From: Octopus sinensis
Taxonomy: Eukaryota
NCBI RefSeq assembly: GCF_006345805.1
Contig: NC_043007.1
Coordinates: 66,774,001 to 66,838,000, forward strand
Direction of reading: 5' to 3'
DNA: 64,000 nt
The position numbers and the translations under genes are program-made. Below are positions 28,078-43,020 of the stretch, piece by piece; the stretch's first letter is position 1; every line of letters starts with the position of its first letter. The notes beneath the pieces were generated by a model. It saw only the letters and a list, made by a program, of their open reading frames with translations. It made no database searches and had not been told where the DNA came from.

Positions 28078-28895
28078 CAGTATCTCACAGAAGTCTGCAC
28101 ACCCCTAAAAAATTTCAGTAAAATTGCCATTACTCTCATAATAACGAATGAATGCGCCCATGAAAACCACACTGGTTCAAACTTCGACGGACTGTTTGGG
28201 CAGAAACACTCTTACCACTAGCAGAAGACACTTCTTGGGCCAAAGATGAAGCGGTACGACGCCTGTCGTCCATCACGCAACGTTGGATGTCGTAAATATC
28301 ACGCGCAGTTAAAATAGAAAGACGACCTGGATGATGCGTATAGCTTAGTCGTCCAGTAGCTTTGTACTTCTGAATTACTTTAGCAACTGTGTTTACGCTG
28401 ATATGTATTCGTTTGCTAATTAACTAGTATCCTAAACCATCCATGTGCAAATTAAGAATAATTCTCTTCAAATCTTCAGACAATTCTTTTCCTTTTAGTG
28501 CCATTTTAATCACAATTAATATTTCACCACGGTACACAAATCAGAATTCCTGCAGATGCAATAACAATGACCGGTGCAAAATGTCAGGGGAAATAATTTA
28601 TTAGAATTGAAATTATCAGCAATATCTGAATTTAGTAAAAATAAAAAAGTGGATAACATATATAAAATATAGCAAATTTACTTCAGGGTGTACATATTTT
28701 TGCATCGTTTGATAATTAATATTTCGTTCATATCTTTGAAAATACGTATTGTTTTGTGTTCCAAATTTATATAATGTTTGCACGTATCATATATTTTATT
28801 CAGTAGAAATTTCCTTTGATTTCCTTCGATATTATCAGAGTATTGGCAATTTTACTTAAATTTTTCAGGGGTGTACATACTTCTGTTAGATACTG
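28078..28895 (-). mobile_element. Internally deleted Tc1-like element
   Basis: ~65-bp imperfect TIRs (CAGTATCTCACAGAAGT.. / ..ACTTCTGTTAGATACTG-TA). The minus strand from 28504 reads MALKGKELSEDLKRIILNLHMDGLGY*LISKRIHISVNTVAKVIQKYK.., a Tc1 HTH N-terminus; the catalytic domain is absent. Confidence 0.85.
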
Positions 28896-29048
28896 TATAA
28901 TGTATGTATGTATGTATGTATGTATGTATGTATGTATGTATGTATGTATGTATGTATATATATATATATATGTATGTTTGTATGTACGTGAATGTATGTG
29001 CATGTATGTATGTATGTATGTATGTATGTATGTATGTATGTATGTATG

Positions 29049-29080
<32 letters not shown>

Positions 29081-29100
29081 TGTATGTATGCATGTACGTA

Positions 29101-30325
29101 CCAGGGTTGGACAAAATAATGGAAACACCTTAAAATTTCAAGCAAATTTATTTTAATATGGAGTAGGACCATCTTTGGCAGTAATTACAGCTTGAATTCT
29201 ACAAGATATGGAGTCGTATAAAGTTTGAATTGGTTTCGAAAGGAATTTTTGTCCATTCTTCAGCTAAAACAGTTTCCAGTTCTTGTAGTGATGATAGTGT
29301 AGAATATTTTCTAAAATGCACCATAAATGTTCAATAATATTGAGATCTGGGGACTGTGGTAGCCAGATAAGATGTTCAACTTCACTAGAATGTTCCTCGT
29401 GCCATTCAGTAACAACTTTAACTGTGTGAATTGGTGCATTATCATCCTGAAAGATTGCGTTTCCCTCCGGAAACAGTTCCGCAAACATAGGATGAATTTG
29501 ATCAGATAAAATACTTAAATAGTCTTAACTATTAATTCTGCCATGAAGGGAAACCATTGGACCGGCAGATTTCCAAGATATAGCCCCCACACACACTAAC
29601 TCGCCCCTAGATCATCACAGATCCTCCTCCATGTTTAACAGTTGGAGGAAGGCAGTCTGGGTTAAATGCTTCTTTTGGCTGTCTCCACACGTATACTCCG
29701 CTGGTGGTCAGAAATAAGGTAAAGGATAACTCGTCCGAGAAAATAACATTCTTCCACTGCTCTAGGGACCAATTCTGTAGGATTTTACTCCACTCTACAC
29801 GCTTTGCAACGTTTGTTTTTGAAAGTAGTGGTTTTCTGATTGCAGCTCCCTGGGTTCTCGAGGTAGTCATTAAGCTTTTCAGTAATTTTAGGAGCTGTAC
29901 TTTTGTGATCCTTTCTAACAATTCACGTAAGAGTCCGACGGTCCCTATCTGAAAGTTTTGGTTTTCTTCCGGAGTTTTGTTTCGACGAGGATGTTTTTCC
30001 CTCTTTCTCAAAGGCTCTCATTACTTTCGAGACAGTACTTCTTGATACACCAAAAATTTCGGCTGTTTTCGTTACGCTAGCACCTGCCATGCGAGCACTA
30101 ACAATTTGACCTCTTTGAAAGTCCGATAGATGTGTCATTTTAATGAATTTTGATTACCTTTCTTTTTCATGATATCTGAAAAGAAACTGTAATTTTAGCA
30201 AAACATATTAAGCAACACTTATAATAAATCAAAAAACATAAAAACAAACTTTTGACGGTTTTATAGATATTACAAAATTATGATGCTATGATGCTAGGTG
30301 TTTCCATTATTTTGTCCAGCCACTG
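29101..30325 (-). mobile_element. Tc1-family (DD34E-type) transposon with frameshifted transposase
   Basis: ~30-bp TIRs (..TGGACAAAATAATGGAAACACCT / AGGTGTTTCCATTATTTTGTCCA..) flanked by TA. ORF fragments MTHLSDFQRGQIV.., WKNVIFSDE, TVKHGGGSVM, FQDDNAPIH, PQSPDLNIIEHLW. Confidence 0.93.
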
Positions 30326-30919
30326 TATGTACACACAAGTTTTGGGTTCGTGTAATTGTCACTGTTTAGCTCCTTGTTGGTCATCGTCAAAAATGCTTCG
30401 GCCATGACCATCACGTATGTGACAGTACACTAGACTACATTATGCGATATGTTCTTAGCCTTAAGATTACAGGGTATGGTTTGAAAGAGATTTAACTGTT
30501 ATTTCTAACCGGTCCTTCGACTAATAACAGCCCCCCCACCGCATTCGCTTAGACTCTCTGATCACGCTAGGAATGTTTTTATTTGTGCCATCTATGCACA
30601 GTTACAGTTTGAATTGGTTTATTGATCAATGTGCAAAGACCATAGCAAGCTACATGCGCTCAGTGAGTAACGATTAGGAAAACTTACCTACATTCAAGTA
30701 TGGAAGCTCAACGCAGGTCATAAAACTTAAAAACGAAAGTATTGAACAAGAGTAATCGTTAGGAAGTTTTAGAGTCAAAGGCTTATTGAAACAAATATAT
30801 CTTTTTTCTTTATGTTCTGCGCTCACTGGCTTCCATCCGTTACGTATATTTATTTTCCTATCAGAATGCTTTTAAGATAAAAGAAGTAAGGATTCTTGCA
30901 TATGCTCCTTCTAATGTTG

Positions 30920-31140
30920 TTGCTGTTGTTATTTAGATCAAGATCAGCCTGCATCGTGCAGAGAGACCTGTGATCAACGGCGTTTTAGCTATGACCATCT
31001 TGTTTTATTTCCAGTTATAGCATATCTACACCAACATTTTCTAACGTGTCTGGTCCTTGTTTGTGACTGCAAGGTGAGATCTGAGGGGCATGTGGCTGCT
31101 AGTTGTAGCATATCCACCGACCAACGTAGATGTTTCGAGC
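30920..31140 (+). repeat. Old dispersed ~220-bp repeat family; other copies near 7715-7920 (-), 9095-9235, 30360-30520, 41250-41330 (-) and 57530-57735
   Basis: Shared motifs TTGTT.TTTAG..AGACCT.TGA..GCTATGACCATC and GAGATTT.GCT..TATTTCTA; class unknown. Confidence 0.45.
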
Positions 31141-31312
31141 AAGACATTACTTTCGTTATTTCAATTTCTAAATTCCAAAACAGAACATTAAAAAAAAATC
31201 CTTTTTCGCTTCGTCCTTTTCTGGTTGGCATCTCTTTTAGACAAGGCAAGATACGAGAGATTCAGAACTTACCTTCTCTTTTCCTTTCCGTCTCCAATCT
31301 TTCTTTCTTTCT

Positions 31313-31375
<63 letters not shown>

Positions 31376-32092
31376 CCCATCCCTTTTTGTTTCTTCTTAT
31401 AATTCCCTTCTTCTTTTTCTTCTTCTTCTTCTTCTTTTTCTTTTCTTCTTCTTCTTCTTCTTCTTCTTCTTCTTCTTCTTCTTCTTCTTTTTTCTCCATC
31501 TCTCTCTCTCTCACTCTTCTCTCTCTCGTTTATTCTGTCTTTCCTCAATTTTTCTATTTCACTCTCTCTCTCTCTTACTACCTTCTCTCTTGTTCTGTCT
31601 ATACCTCCCTCTCTGTCCTTCTGTATGTCTCTCCTTTTTGCTCTCTCTATCTCTCTATCTTTCTTTCTCTCTCCCTCTTTCTCACACACATGCACACACA
31701 CATACACACACACACAAACATGCACGCACACACAGACGCACGCACACACACGCACACACGCACGCGCACTCTTTATGTTCCACCCACTCATTTTTCGTTT
31801 TTCCCATAGCTTTCAATATTGCATTCACTTTGAACGCAAAACAAGAATTTGTTTTGTCAGCAATTTCTTACCGTGGCGTTTTTTCTGTGCATTTACGCTT
31901 CCCTTCCTCTCCCCCTTTCTCTCCCCACTATTATACATACATATATATATATATATACATATGTACATGCATAAATACTTACATATATATATATATAATT
32001 ACACACACACACACATACATACATACATACATACATACATACATACATACATACATACATAAATAAATAGATAGACAGACAGACAGACAGAC

Positions 32093-32141
<49 letters not shown>

Positions 32142-33149
32142 TCGATATATATAGATATATAGATATAGTTATATATATCTGCTTTCTGTATTCTGTAGCC
32201 CTCTGCGATATACTCCTTGGAGAATTAGGCTACGCCGTTGGTTTTGGAGAACATCCTGTTACAGGCTGTGCTTAGATTTTTCCACATGTGACGGCCTCGG
32301 GAAATGCATGAACAACAACACAACTTCCTCTCTCGTGTTCCCTTTTCTCTCCTTATCTGTCTCTCTCTCTCTTTCTCTCTTTTATTTATTTATTCTCGGT
32401 CTTCATTTTTGTGAAAGAAATATATCTTCGTAACGGCCATTAGCATATGAAGAAATAATATAACTCTTGTTTGGTTTAAAGTTTTGTTCACTGTTTTTTT
32501 TTTATATAATACATGGGATTTTTTTGCCTTTGTTTTTTTTTTGTTATGTTTTTTTTGCTTCACATATTTTGGTTCTTTTGTTATATTCTGCTGGGATCCA
32601 TTTAGGTTTACCATGCCATATATGGAAACATAGCCTTGTATGACGTAATGTTGGTCCCAGCGGAAGAGTTAGTCAGGCGCAATGCTGGCATGCATTGCTG
32701 TCGCGTAAGGTTCACGTATTTTAATCAAACGCACACACACACACACGCACACACACACACTCTCACGCATAGACACACAGATTCGCTCGCTCGCTCGCAC
32801 ACATCTACACATATGCACACAAATAAACGGATGACAGAGATGCTAACTCTTAAATCCATGCATACACGTATGCATATGCACGTATGTACGGAATACAGGA
32901 ACACACACACACATACGCATACAGACAGCCCTACATACATACATACATACATATAATTACAGTTACAAACACGTGATCAACTGCACAATTATGTACACAA
33001 ATATATATGTAAGCATACTTTCTTATATATATATATTATATATATATATATATATTATATATCATATATTATTTATGTGCATGTATATATATATATAATA
33101 TGATTTAATACCCATACTCACATTTGCACAGTATCACCACGCAAACACA

Positions 33150-33180
<31 letters not shown>

Positions 33181-33836
33181 CTCGTACACACTTACACACA
33201 CTCCCGCGCAGAAATTTACATCTTGTCTAGTTGTATTTTCCTTTCTTTCACTTTTTGTTTATTTCTGTTTAATTTTCTATTGATGTTTTTATTTAATTTT
33301 TCTTTTTGTTATTCAGTACTTTTTGTTCTTTATTTACTTATTTTCTTTTTTTTTATTTTTTAAAAGAACTTTAAATACTTTCCACCTCGCTGTCATTCTT
33401 AATTATATTAATTCACCTCTTTTCTCTTCTCAAATATTTTAGCTGTCGTTTTAGAAATGTCATTTTATCACATTCCACCCACCCACCCACCCACCATATC
33501 CATCCATCCCACAACTTCCCCTCCCCTAAACATTTTCTACCTTTCCCTCTTCCCTTCTCTCTGTTTTCTTTCTTTCGTTCTTTTTCTTTCTGTCTCTCTC
33601 TCTCTCTGTCCCTCTTTCCCCCCTCTCACTATTTATCTATCTACCTCTCTTTCATTTTGTTTCTTTTCCTCCCTGCTTCTGTCTATCTGTCTTTCTATCT
33701 TCCACTCCCCACCCCTCTCTGTTTCTCTCTCTCTCTCTCTTTATTTTTCTACTTATCTATCAATGTATTTATCTACCCATCTATTTCCCCGTATCACCCT
33801 CATTCTCCCTGTTTTTGCCCATTCATCTGTCTCCCG

Positions 33837-33947
<111 letters not shown>

Positions 33948-34051
33948 CGTGCCTTGCTCTTTCTCTTCCTTACTATCTCTCTTATATAAAGTTCCCGTTT
34001 CCATGAGTCTCTCCTTTCTTTCTACCACTCCCTTTCCCATTCTCTCTGCCT

Positions 34052-34095
<44 letters not shown>

Positions 34096-34719
34096 ATTTT
34101 GTCCCCCTCTTTTTCATTTTTCATAGTTTCTTTCCACTTTCTCTCTTCACTGCTTCCATCCTAGCTCTTCGTTCACAACCATTATTATTATTCATTTTAA
34201 TTTTTGTCTTTTATTTTATATCTTATTTCATTCTTATTCATTTATTTACTACTTTTTCTTTTTTTTTCTTTACACGTTTCCCCCAAAACGTAGTCTTTCG
34301 GGACACTTCGCCAATGTTTCAAACGTCTTCTCAGACTATCCCCTACTTATTCAAAGACCCGAGGGAGTAAACGCGACAAACACGTCTTTCACCCTTTAAA
34401 AAAACTATGATATATTAAAGAGATAAAACCAACAGCAAAACGAAAAACCAGAGACAACAGTACTCCTTATTGAGATAATCAATCCACTTTTCTTTAGCTA
34501 AGAATGCGATTAGAGTTTTATAGATGCATGTTTGCACGTATGAATATGTTCATATATGCATTTATGCATGTATGTAAGCGCTTTTGTATACATGAGTATA
34601 TGTAAGGATTTGTATGTGTGAGTGTGTGTATGTATGTATAAAATGTACGTGTGTGTATGTTTATGTAAGTGTATTTGGAGGTGCGTGTCTCATATAGTAT
34701 TATATCTGTATGTTGGTGG

Positions 34720-34765
<46 letters not shown>

Positions 34766-34817
34766 CGCCATCATCATCATCATCGTCATCATCATTGGTT
34801 CACACATTTATCAGCAA

Positions 34818-34853
<36 letters not shown>

Positions 34854-35228
34854 TAACCTCTTTCTCATTCTCATTCTTACATACTTACACACGTTCATAC
34901 GTACATGCATGAATGCACATATAACATAATTATAATTATACCCATATACATATATATGAATATGCATTGTATATTAATATATATTTGCGTGTATGTATGT
35001 GTGTGTGTATATACACACACACACACATACACACACACACATCATTATTGCCATCGTATATAATTTCCGTGGTGTTTTTCCCTTCTAGATTTTTAGTTTA
35101 AATCCCTTCCGGGTTCTCTTTGCCGTCGTTCCTCCGGATTCTATATAAAATTTCTTCTATTCCATTTACTATCTCATACAAACCCGTGACATTCGACGAA
35201 AGACAGAAATTCCTATCATCATCATCGT

Positions 35229-35260
<32 letters not shown>

Positions 35261-37879
35261 TCATCATCGTCATCATTACCTTCATTTTTTTTTTAATTGG
35301 ACTACATAATGTATTTTGTACAGTAACGACTTATCTGCCAAAATTTTGGGATGCAGATTAACAGTAAAGAATGAAGTTAAGCATATCTTTCGCCGTTCTT
35401 CAAAATCGTTTCTTTTTCACAATTTTTAAAATCGGTTCATTAAATATGGCAGTGACCAAGAAACAAATTATACTCTTGTTATACATTCTCTGCACTGCTA
35501 TTCAAGAGTTCAAACCCTGCTAAAGTCAAATTTGCCTTTCATTCTTTCAGAATTAAATAAAGAATAACCATAAACAGATATATTAGAGAGCCAATTCAGT
35601 GAACCATAATACATTTCTGCTGAAAAATAATACCCCATGTGCCAAGTCAAGAGAGATCAATATTTGGTTCAAAGATTGATCGATGTTAAAACAGTCAGAG
35701 TGAATAAAAAAATCGGACGAACAGCAAGAAGTCGACAGACGTTCAAATTTGATACTGGTATATGTGCATTAGTGGAGAGTACATCTCAAATATATAGGAA
35801 GTATGGCGTTTAATTGTTTCAGCGTCTTTTCCTTAGCAGTGTAGAGGAAAAAATCTCTGCAAAACGTAGTTCACACATTTATGTTCACTGACGGTAGCTA
35901 TGTTACCTCGCTTGTGACATTTAATGCCTTTGAAAAAAGTTCTAAATTCATATTAAAATGTCATTTCCACTCCATCTCTCACCGATTAAATAAATCTGAG
36001 GCCTTGTAGGAAATCAATATCCGTTGCTCTAAACCTTGCCTTAATCCGTTACGCAGCCTTATTCAACTAATCTAACCCGTAAAATGCATCCATTCACCTA
36101 ATGGAACATCCCAGACATTCACTCAAATTACTAGCTCACGCTAACTACAGATTCTGCCCCATCATGACTCCTTTATAATTGAATAAAGGGAGAATACTAA
36201 CCAACGCATGACATCAACCACAGTCATTTAGTTGCAACATATACACTCACTCACACTCAAACACACACGTACTAAGACACACACTGTCAATCAGCTGCCT
36301 TTTAATATGTGCCTTTAAATTACTTGAAAAAATATTAATAAAGTTATTTTAAGATATTTAAAAAGAAACTAACTTGCCGCAAAATTCATTAAGACTATTT
36401 TTTTAAAGAGAAAAATTATATTTATTGATGCAAATATTATGATTATTATTATTTTCCATTATTTTTTTTATTGAGAATTATCACTGCAATAAAAGTTTAA
36501 ATCAAGAAATTCATCTTTAAAGAATAATATTTAAAGAAAGCGCATATCATTTCAAGGTTCCAGTTTATTTTTTCTTAAAAAAATGTCAATATTTTGATAA
36601 ATGTATTTTTTCATTATCGATAAATTCAATGGAATGTGAAAACCTTAAAACATATCATTTGACCCTTCATGCAAACAAAAACCCTTTTAGCTTGGCACGC
36701 AGAAATGTATAAGAAACATACATACATAAATAAGTTACAAGAATGTATATGCATACATATATACACCGATGAACATAGATGTACACATTCATGCGCATAT
36801 ATATGTATACATATATATTATATATATATATATATACACATATATATACATATACATATGTGTATATATATATATGCATATATATACATATGTATATATA
36901 TACACATACATATACACTTATAAATACAGGCATATAAGTTTCTAAACTTAAAAATTAAATGCAATATTTATGCAATATATATATATATACAAAATATGTA
37001 TATATAATATTTATATATGCATTATACTAATTTAATATATATTTTATACGCATCTCTACAAAAATTCGATATATACAAACAAAGATATATCCATATACGT
37101 GATATATATACAAACATATATACATATATCTTTGCATATGTGCATACCTGTATATATGTATATAAATATACATATATATGTATATATGGCTATTATTTTT
37201 CATTTATGTATATTTCCAACATTAATATGAGCTTCTTTTGGCTTTCACTATTTTACAAACCTTGTTTCTTTAATTTTCCTTTTTACAATTATTTATTTTT
37301 TAGCTGTTTTCTTTTCTTTTTTTTATTGTTTCTGATTTAGAAAACATCCATTGCCTTTTCAATGGATGACTGTGAAAAGTGAATACATACATTCATACAC
37401 ACACACACATATAATGTATAAATTTGGTCTGTCATGACATTCCAATTGTTTCAACCATTGTTATCTCCCCATTAATGTCAAAAAATGCCGAGTGATGGCG
37501 AAGCAAGTTGCTTATGGAAACTGCCGCTGGATTGAACAAAGAGAAATTTGACTTCAACTTTTTTTTTTTTAGATCAGGGAAAAAAATAATATTGTTAAAA
37601 TAATCTGCTATTACAAACGTAAAAAAAAAGAAAACAATCAGAAGAAAAACAAAACATTGGAATTGATAACTTGTCTTCAAAATTCATGAGGACATTTTAT
37701 TTCCGTCTTAAATCTACAAGCCTCTAAGAAAAAAATTATTTTTTACAGTAATACAAAACAACCTTTCGAGATAGCCTTTATTATTTGAATTTTCAAAGTT
37801 TCCTATATTATTGAAATTATACAAACATACACACAGACTCTCTCTCAAACACACACACGCATAATCATATACATATTCC

Positions 37880-37941
<62 letters not shown>

Positions 37942-38365
37942 TATATACAGATATATACTTATAGCATATTATTTATAAATATATATATATATGATATATC
38001 ATAGGTTGATAGTTTACATATACATGCATTTAGTGAGGCCTCACTCCTCTGATATTCATCCAAATGTGGATTCCTGCTCAACTGCTCGACAAATATAAAC
38101 TCAGTTTATTTATTTATTCCCTTATTTATTATGCAATATCAACCATGTCTGGTTGGGTTTCATTTTTTTTATAATTCTTCATTTCTATTCAAGTTTATTT
38201 TCAATTTCCTTTACCATTTTTCTTAAAACAATGTAAGACATTTACAGCTTTCTTTCAAAAATTTTCATTTCTATCATATTTCCATAGCCACACTGGTTTT
38301 TGTGTAGAAAAAATAAAACTTACACCACCTACATACATACATACATATATATATGTACAATATAT

Positions 38366-38419
<54 letters not shown>

Positions 38420-39030
38420 ATATATATACACATAGATATATATTTAGATATATATATACACATAGATATATATTTAGAAGACCACGGTGAGAACTATAAA
38501 TGTCTTTCTCTCTCAGATGGAAAATTTTCTCCCTAGTTTGAGAAGACATTTTTACATATTATGAATATGCCTTAACGTCCAAAATGTGCAATGAATAGCC
38601 ATGCATTTGCCTAAAATATTTTTTTACTTAAGTTTATATAGATTTCACCCATCAGGATTCTTATGTATGTATATATATATATATATATGTATTTATATAT
38701 ATATGCACACTAAACATTCCTTCACCTATAATACCCCGTTACGAAATACCTCCCAAATAAACATGAACAATTCTGAATCTCCTAAAGAACAGGAATAGCA
38801 ATATTAGAAATAAGAGCAAAGCCTATTGGTTTTTGCATTGTATTTAAATATTATTATGAAAATATTAACGTTATATTTTATAAGCATTTTTATTATCATT
38901 AATAGTATGGTTTTTCACGTGAAATTGTATCTTGAAATATCTGCTTTGTCTTTCCACACAAACTACTTTGCAACAAACACTGAGGAGAATAAACCATAAG
39001 CCGCAGCAGATATATATAATAATATATATA

Positions 39031-39099
<69 letters not shown>

Positions 39100-40769
39100 A
39101 AGATATATATATATATACTGAATATCTCTCGTTGAAAGATTTACAAATAGAAATTTTCTATTTTATATATATATGTGTGTGTGTGTATCTATGCATATAA
39201 ATGTGCGTATATATACACGTATACACATGTATACGCATTAAATACTTGTGTTTACGTTTACATACACAAAAACGCACTCACACGTTTAAAACAAGAACAC
39301 ATGCAAAGACTATTTTAAATAAATACATTAAACTTTACATAATAAAGTTGAAATTATTTATTTGTGTCTATTATTTAGAATAGGAAAACATATAAGATAA
39401 GAAGGGCAAAAATATATTAAAGAGGAAACAGAAGGAAAGATAATTCCCTCTTTCATCTTATCAATAATCTGTAGAATTTCGGATTTTCCTAACCTAAACC
39501 TACAAGGACAGCTATGAAGATTAAGTGAATTGCAGTAGAAAATTCTTTTAACTCAAAAGAAACAAACATACATACAATAACGAGCGTATCTAATTGAAAC
39601 CGTAGAAACATACGCCGAATTCTGAACAATGTATATGCGTATGTATGCATGTAAGTACATATGTGTATGTATATATATATATATATAGCTGCACCTATAC
39701 ATATACACATGCACATGCACATACATACATATGTACGTACATACATACATGCATACATATGTACATACAAACATATATATATTTTAAAATCCCACTCCAG
39801 AAACTCGCTGACTTCTGATTTGCGACGTCAGCTAAATGTATCGGCCATATTGCTTTAATATGCCGAATTTATTGCCTTATCATATCCGCTTTTTCGTGCG
39901 GTAAAAATATATATTTTGCATCTTCAGACAAAATCTTTTGCCTTAAAACTTGTCATTTAAAATGAAATAAAACTAAAATAAATATTCAAATAACGTTTTT
40001 TTTTGCCCATTAATTTTCATTCCTTCAAAGATTCATTCTCATTTCTCTTTTCAAATTTATTTTATTTTATATTTTTAATGGATATTTGAAAAGAGAAAGT
40101 ATAAAAGAAAATTAAATTTAATTAAAAATAAAGTAAAGGTAACTAAAAAGAAAGCAAAATAATAACATTGAAATAAAAGAGAATATAACAATAAAAAGAA
40201 AATAAACATGGATTCTTCATTTTAATGCCTATCTCTCCTACCACCAACACTATCACAACTACCATATATAAAGCAAATTTGAATTGCTTAACAAATCTGA
40301 TATTTTTATTTTCGTTTTTTTGTTTGGTTTTTTTTTGAGAAAGAAAAATGTGTATAAATTACAATAAAATTTTACTTTCAATGTTTTGTTGTGCTTCGAT
40401 CTTCGATCTATCTGTTGTACCCTCAATGCCTTTATTATTTGGTAACAGCGCAATAAAGATTATCGTTTTAGTAAAAACGAAACAAACTTTAAAGTTTTTT
40501 CTTCTCGTTTCTTTTTATTCTTAATTTCTCTTATTTATCTTTCTTATTATTTTTCATTTATATTCTATAACTCAAAAATCGTTAAGGTTTTGTATGGTTC
40601 GCTGCTGTACAGAATGGTACCTTACTCAGTTACCTTCTTTTATCCGAGCTTGGCATCAAGCTTGACAGTGGTGCATTCCGAATTGGCGTAGCTCTTCGCG
40701 TAGGCTCGAACGCAAAGGGCTCGGATGTTAAGATGTAAGTATAATAAAACGACTGATCCGAGAGAATTT

Positions 40770-41125
40770 CATGTGCTTCTATGAATTTCAAGTGGATCGT
40801 TATGACATCTTTCCTTCACATCTCTCCTTTTGCTGTATCTTCCTATCGTCAAATTAGGGCATGAAAAAAGAATGCATAGAAAGAAAGCAAATAGTATTTT
40901 GCTTTGTATGCCCCGATATGAATTTACAGATGTCAGCGCCTTATATGTAACACGTAGGAAGCAAAAAGCACAAGACTTTGATGGTGCAATGGTGTTCAAA
41001 CGAACATACGGGTGAATATTTGTCAAATGCATTAATGTTGATAGTTCGTTTCTCGGCATACCAACTACAAAAGATTGCCTAACCGTATACGGCCCATGAT
41101 CATGTGCGGGGCTCTCATGGAACAA
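40770..41125 (-). mobile_element. Possible decayed Penelope-like reverse transcriptase fragment
   Basis: LMHLTNIHPYVRLN...FCFLRV..LTSVNSYR resembles the PLE RT pattern L.HLN.IHP.I.FT..FLD..T.VYRK; the YxDD motif is not preserved. Confidence 0.3.
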
Positions 41126-42179
41126 ATATATCTAGTAATAAATGGACGACATTGAGAGAAGCAATTATTAAAGGAATGACTTTATAGCTTAACACTAGTG
41201 TATCGTTAGCTTGTATATTTCAAATACTCTTACAGATGTAGTTTAGAGTTATCGAGGGAGCCTCTTCGTTGTTATTTTGTCACTTAGAAATAGTAACCAA
41301 AGCTCTCTAAAATATGTCATCTTCAATGAATGGAGGATGTGTAGCAAGATTCGAAACCTAATCGGAAAATTGCTAAGGTAAAATAACAACTTAGTTACAG
41401 ATCTTTCATGAGATCGACCGAGTTATGAACCAGTCAGCAGGCAGACATCGCGTGATGCATTATACTGGAAGACTCTAGAATATTATCCTAACAAGGCCTA
41501 TAAATAGGCACGTTTTGAATGCCGAACTTTAGTTTGTGACCACGCGAAATTAAGCTAACCACATACTCATTTTGCTGTTTTAAACAATCGTTATTACGAC
41601 TCTTTACTCAATCTAGTCAGCAGCTACTGTTAGCCGGCGTGAACCCAATGTGTACATTTTCTCCTATCTTAACAACTCGATTACAGAGCCTTTTTAATGA
41701 ATTATTTGTAAGAGCTACATAATTGTCCTTTCTCTGTGTAAACTGTGTTGTCGCAATTTTTAATTCACGACCAATATGGAAATTATTTGTGTGGTAAATT
41801 AAAATTCTGTTAATTGTTCACGAGTGCTGTGCCTTCATTATACGCAGCCTGAACCCAACTTGACTACCAAAATTTCATATATACTTCGGCTATCGTGGGA
41901 GTTTTCATCTACACTCAGTTACAGATGTATTGGGTGATATAGTCCAAAATGCAGAAAGATAAAATATCGACAAAGAAAATACTCACAAAGCAGACTTGAA
42001 AATGCTAAGTTTATTTCACGGAAATATTTTTTAAATATGTTTTAAAACTGAAGCAAGTTGTTAAAGGAAATTTACTAAAAAGAAAGTTTATTTAGTAAAA
42101 TATTAAAATAAATCTTTTTTATTCAGTAAAACTCTTAAAATACTTTTTAAAACATTTAAAAATATTTTCAAAATATTTT

Positions 42180-42281
42180 GTACAGGATTTGGCTGTACGT
42201 ATTTTAAAATTGCAACGATACAGATTAACATGGCCCCTGCGCAATGATAACACGCAAATTCGTGAAGCGTTCCATATTTTT
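42180..42281 (+). pseudogene. U6 snRNA pseudogene
   Basis: TAAAATTGCAACGATACAG..ATTAACATGGCCCCTGCGCAATGATAACACGCAAATTCGTGAAGCGTTCCATATTTTT matches U6. It has a 5-nt deletion in the ACAGAGA region and the AGC triad is changed to AAC. Confidence 0.9.
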
Positions 42282-42284
42282 CTT

Positions 42285-42497
42285 AGACGGCGATCTGGCA
42301 GAATTGTTAGCACCTCGGGTAAAATGCTTAGCAGCATTTCGTCCGTCGTTACATTTTGTGTCCAAATTCCGCTGAGGTCGACTTTACCTTTCGTCCTTTC
42401 GGAGTCGATAAAATAAGTACCAGTTAAGCACTGAGGTCAATATAATCGACTTACCCCATCCTCAAAGTTGCTGGCTTCGTGTCAAAATTTGAAACTA
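42285..42497 (+). mobile_element. SINE family A directly 3' of the U6 pseudogene
   Basis: GGCGATCTGGCAGAATTGTTAGCAC..GAGGTCGACTTTACCTTTCGTCCTTTCGGAGTCGATAAAATAAGTACC. Confidence 0.85.
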
Positions 42498-42879
42498 ATA
42501 TTTTTAAATATTTTACCAAAACCTTTTATAAAATAAAAATTAAATATTAAAGCATTACTAAATATTAAAATAATATGACTGATACATTTATCGAACGTCG
42601 CGAATCAGAATTAGATACATATAAATAAAAATTAAAAATATGCTTTATAAAAGCTTACTTTTTAAAAACGCTTATTCTAAATTTTTATTGAAATAAAAAA
42701 AATTGAAGAAATACTCATTTTTGAAAATATTGATTTTTTTTTTTACTAAATTAAAATTTTTGTCAATGTTCTTTAATAAATTGCTTCAGTTTTATTAAAA
42801 ATAAAAAGCTGCCATAAATAATGTTTTAAAATAAAGTTATTGGTGTCAACTGTTCGCACAAGGACAATAAGTTCAGATG

Positions 42880-43020
42880 AACATTGACCCCAATGCTCAA
42901 CTGGTACTGATATTATCGACTCCGAAAGGATGAAATGTAAAGTCGTCTTCGACAACATTTGAAATCAGAGCGTAAAGACGGACAAAATGCCGCTAAGCGT
43001 TTTGCCCAGTGCAGTAATGA
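42880..43020 (-). mobile_element. SINE family A, partial, inverted relative to 42285-42497
   Basis: CTGGTACT..TATCGACTCCGAAAGGATGAAA..AAAGTCG..ATGCCGCTAAGC. Confidence 0.7.

Noticed and set aside
42180-42281. Functional U6 snRNA gene
   Set aside because: The ACAGAGA box is deleted, the AGC triad is mutated and no upstream PSE was recognisable.
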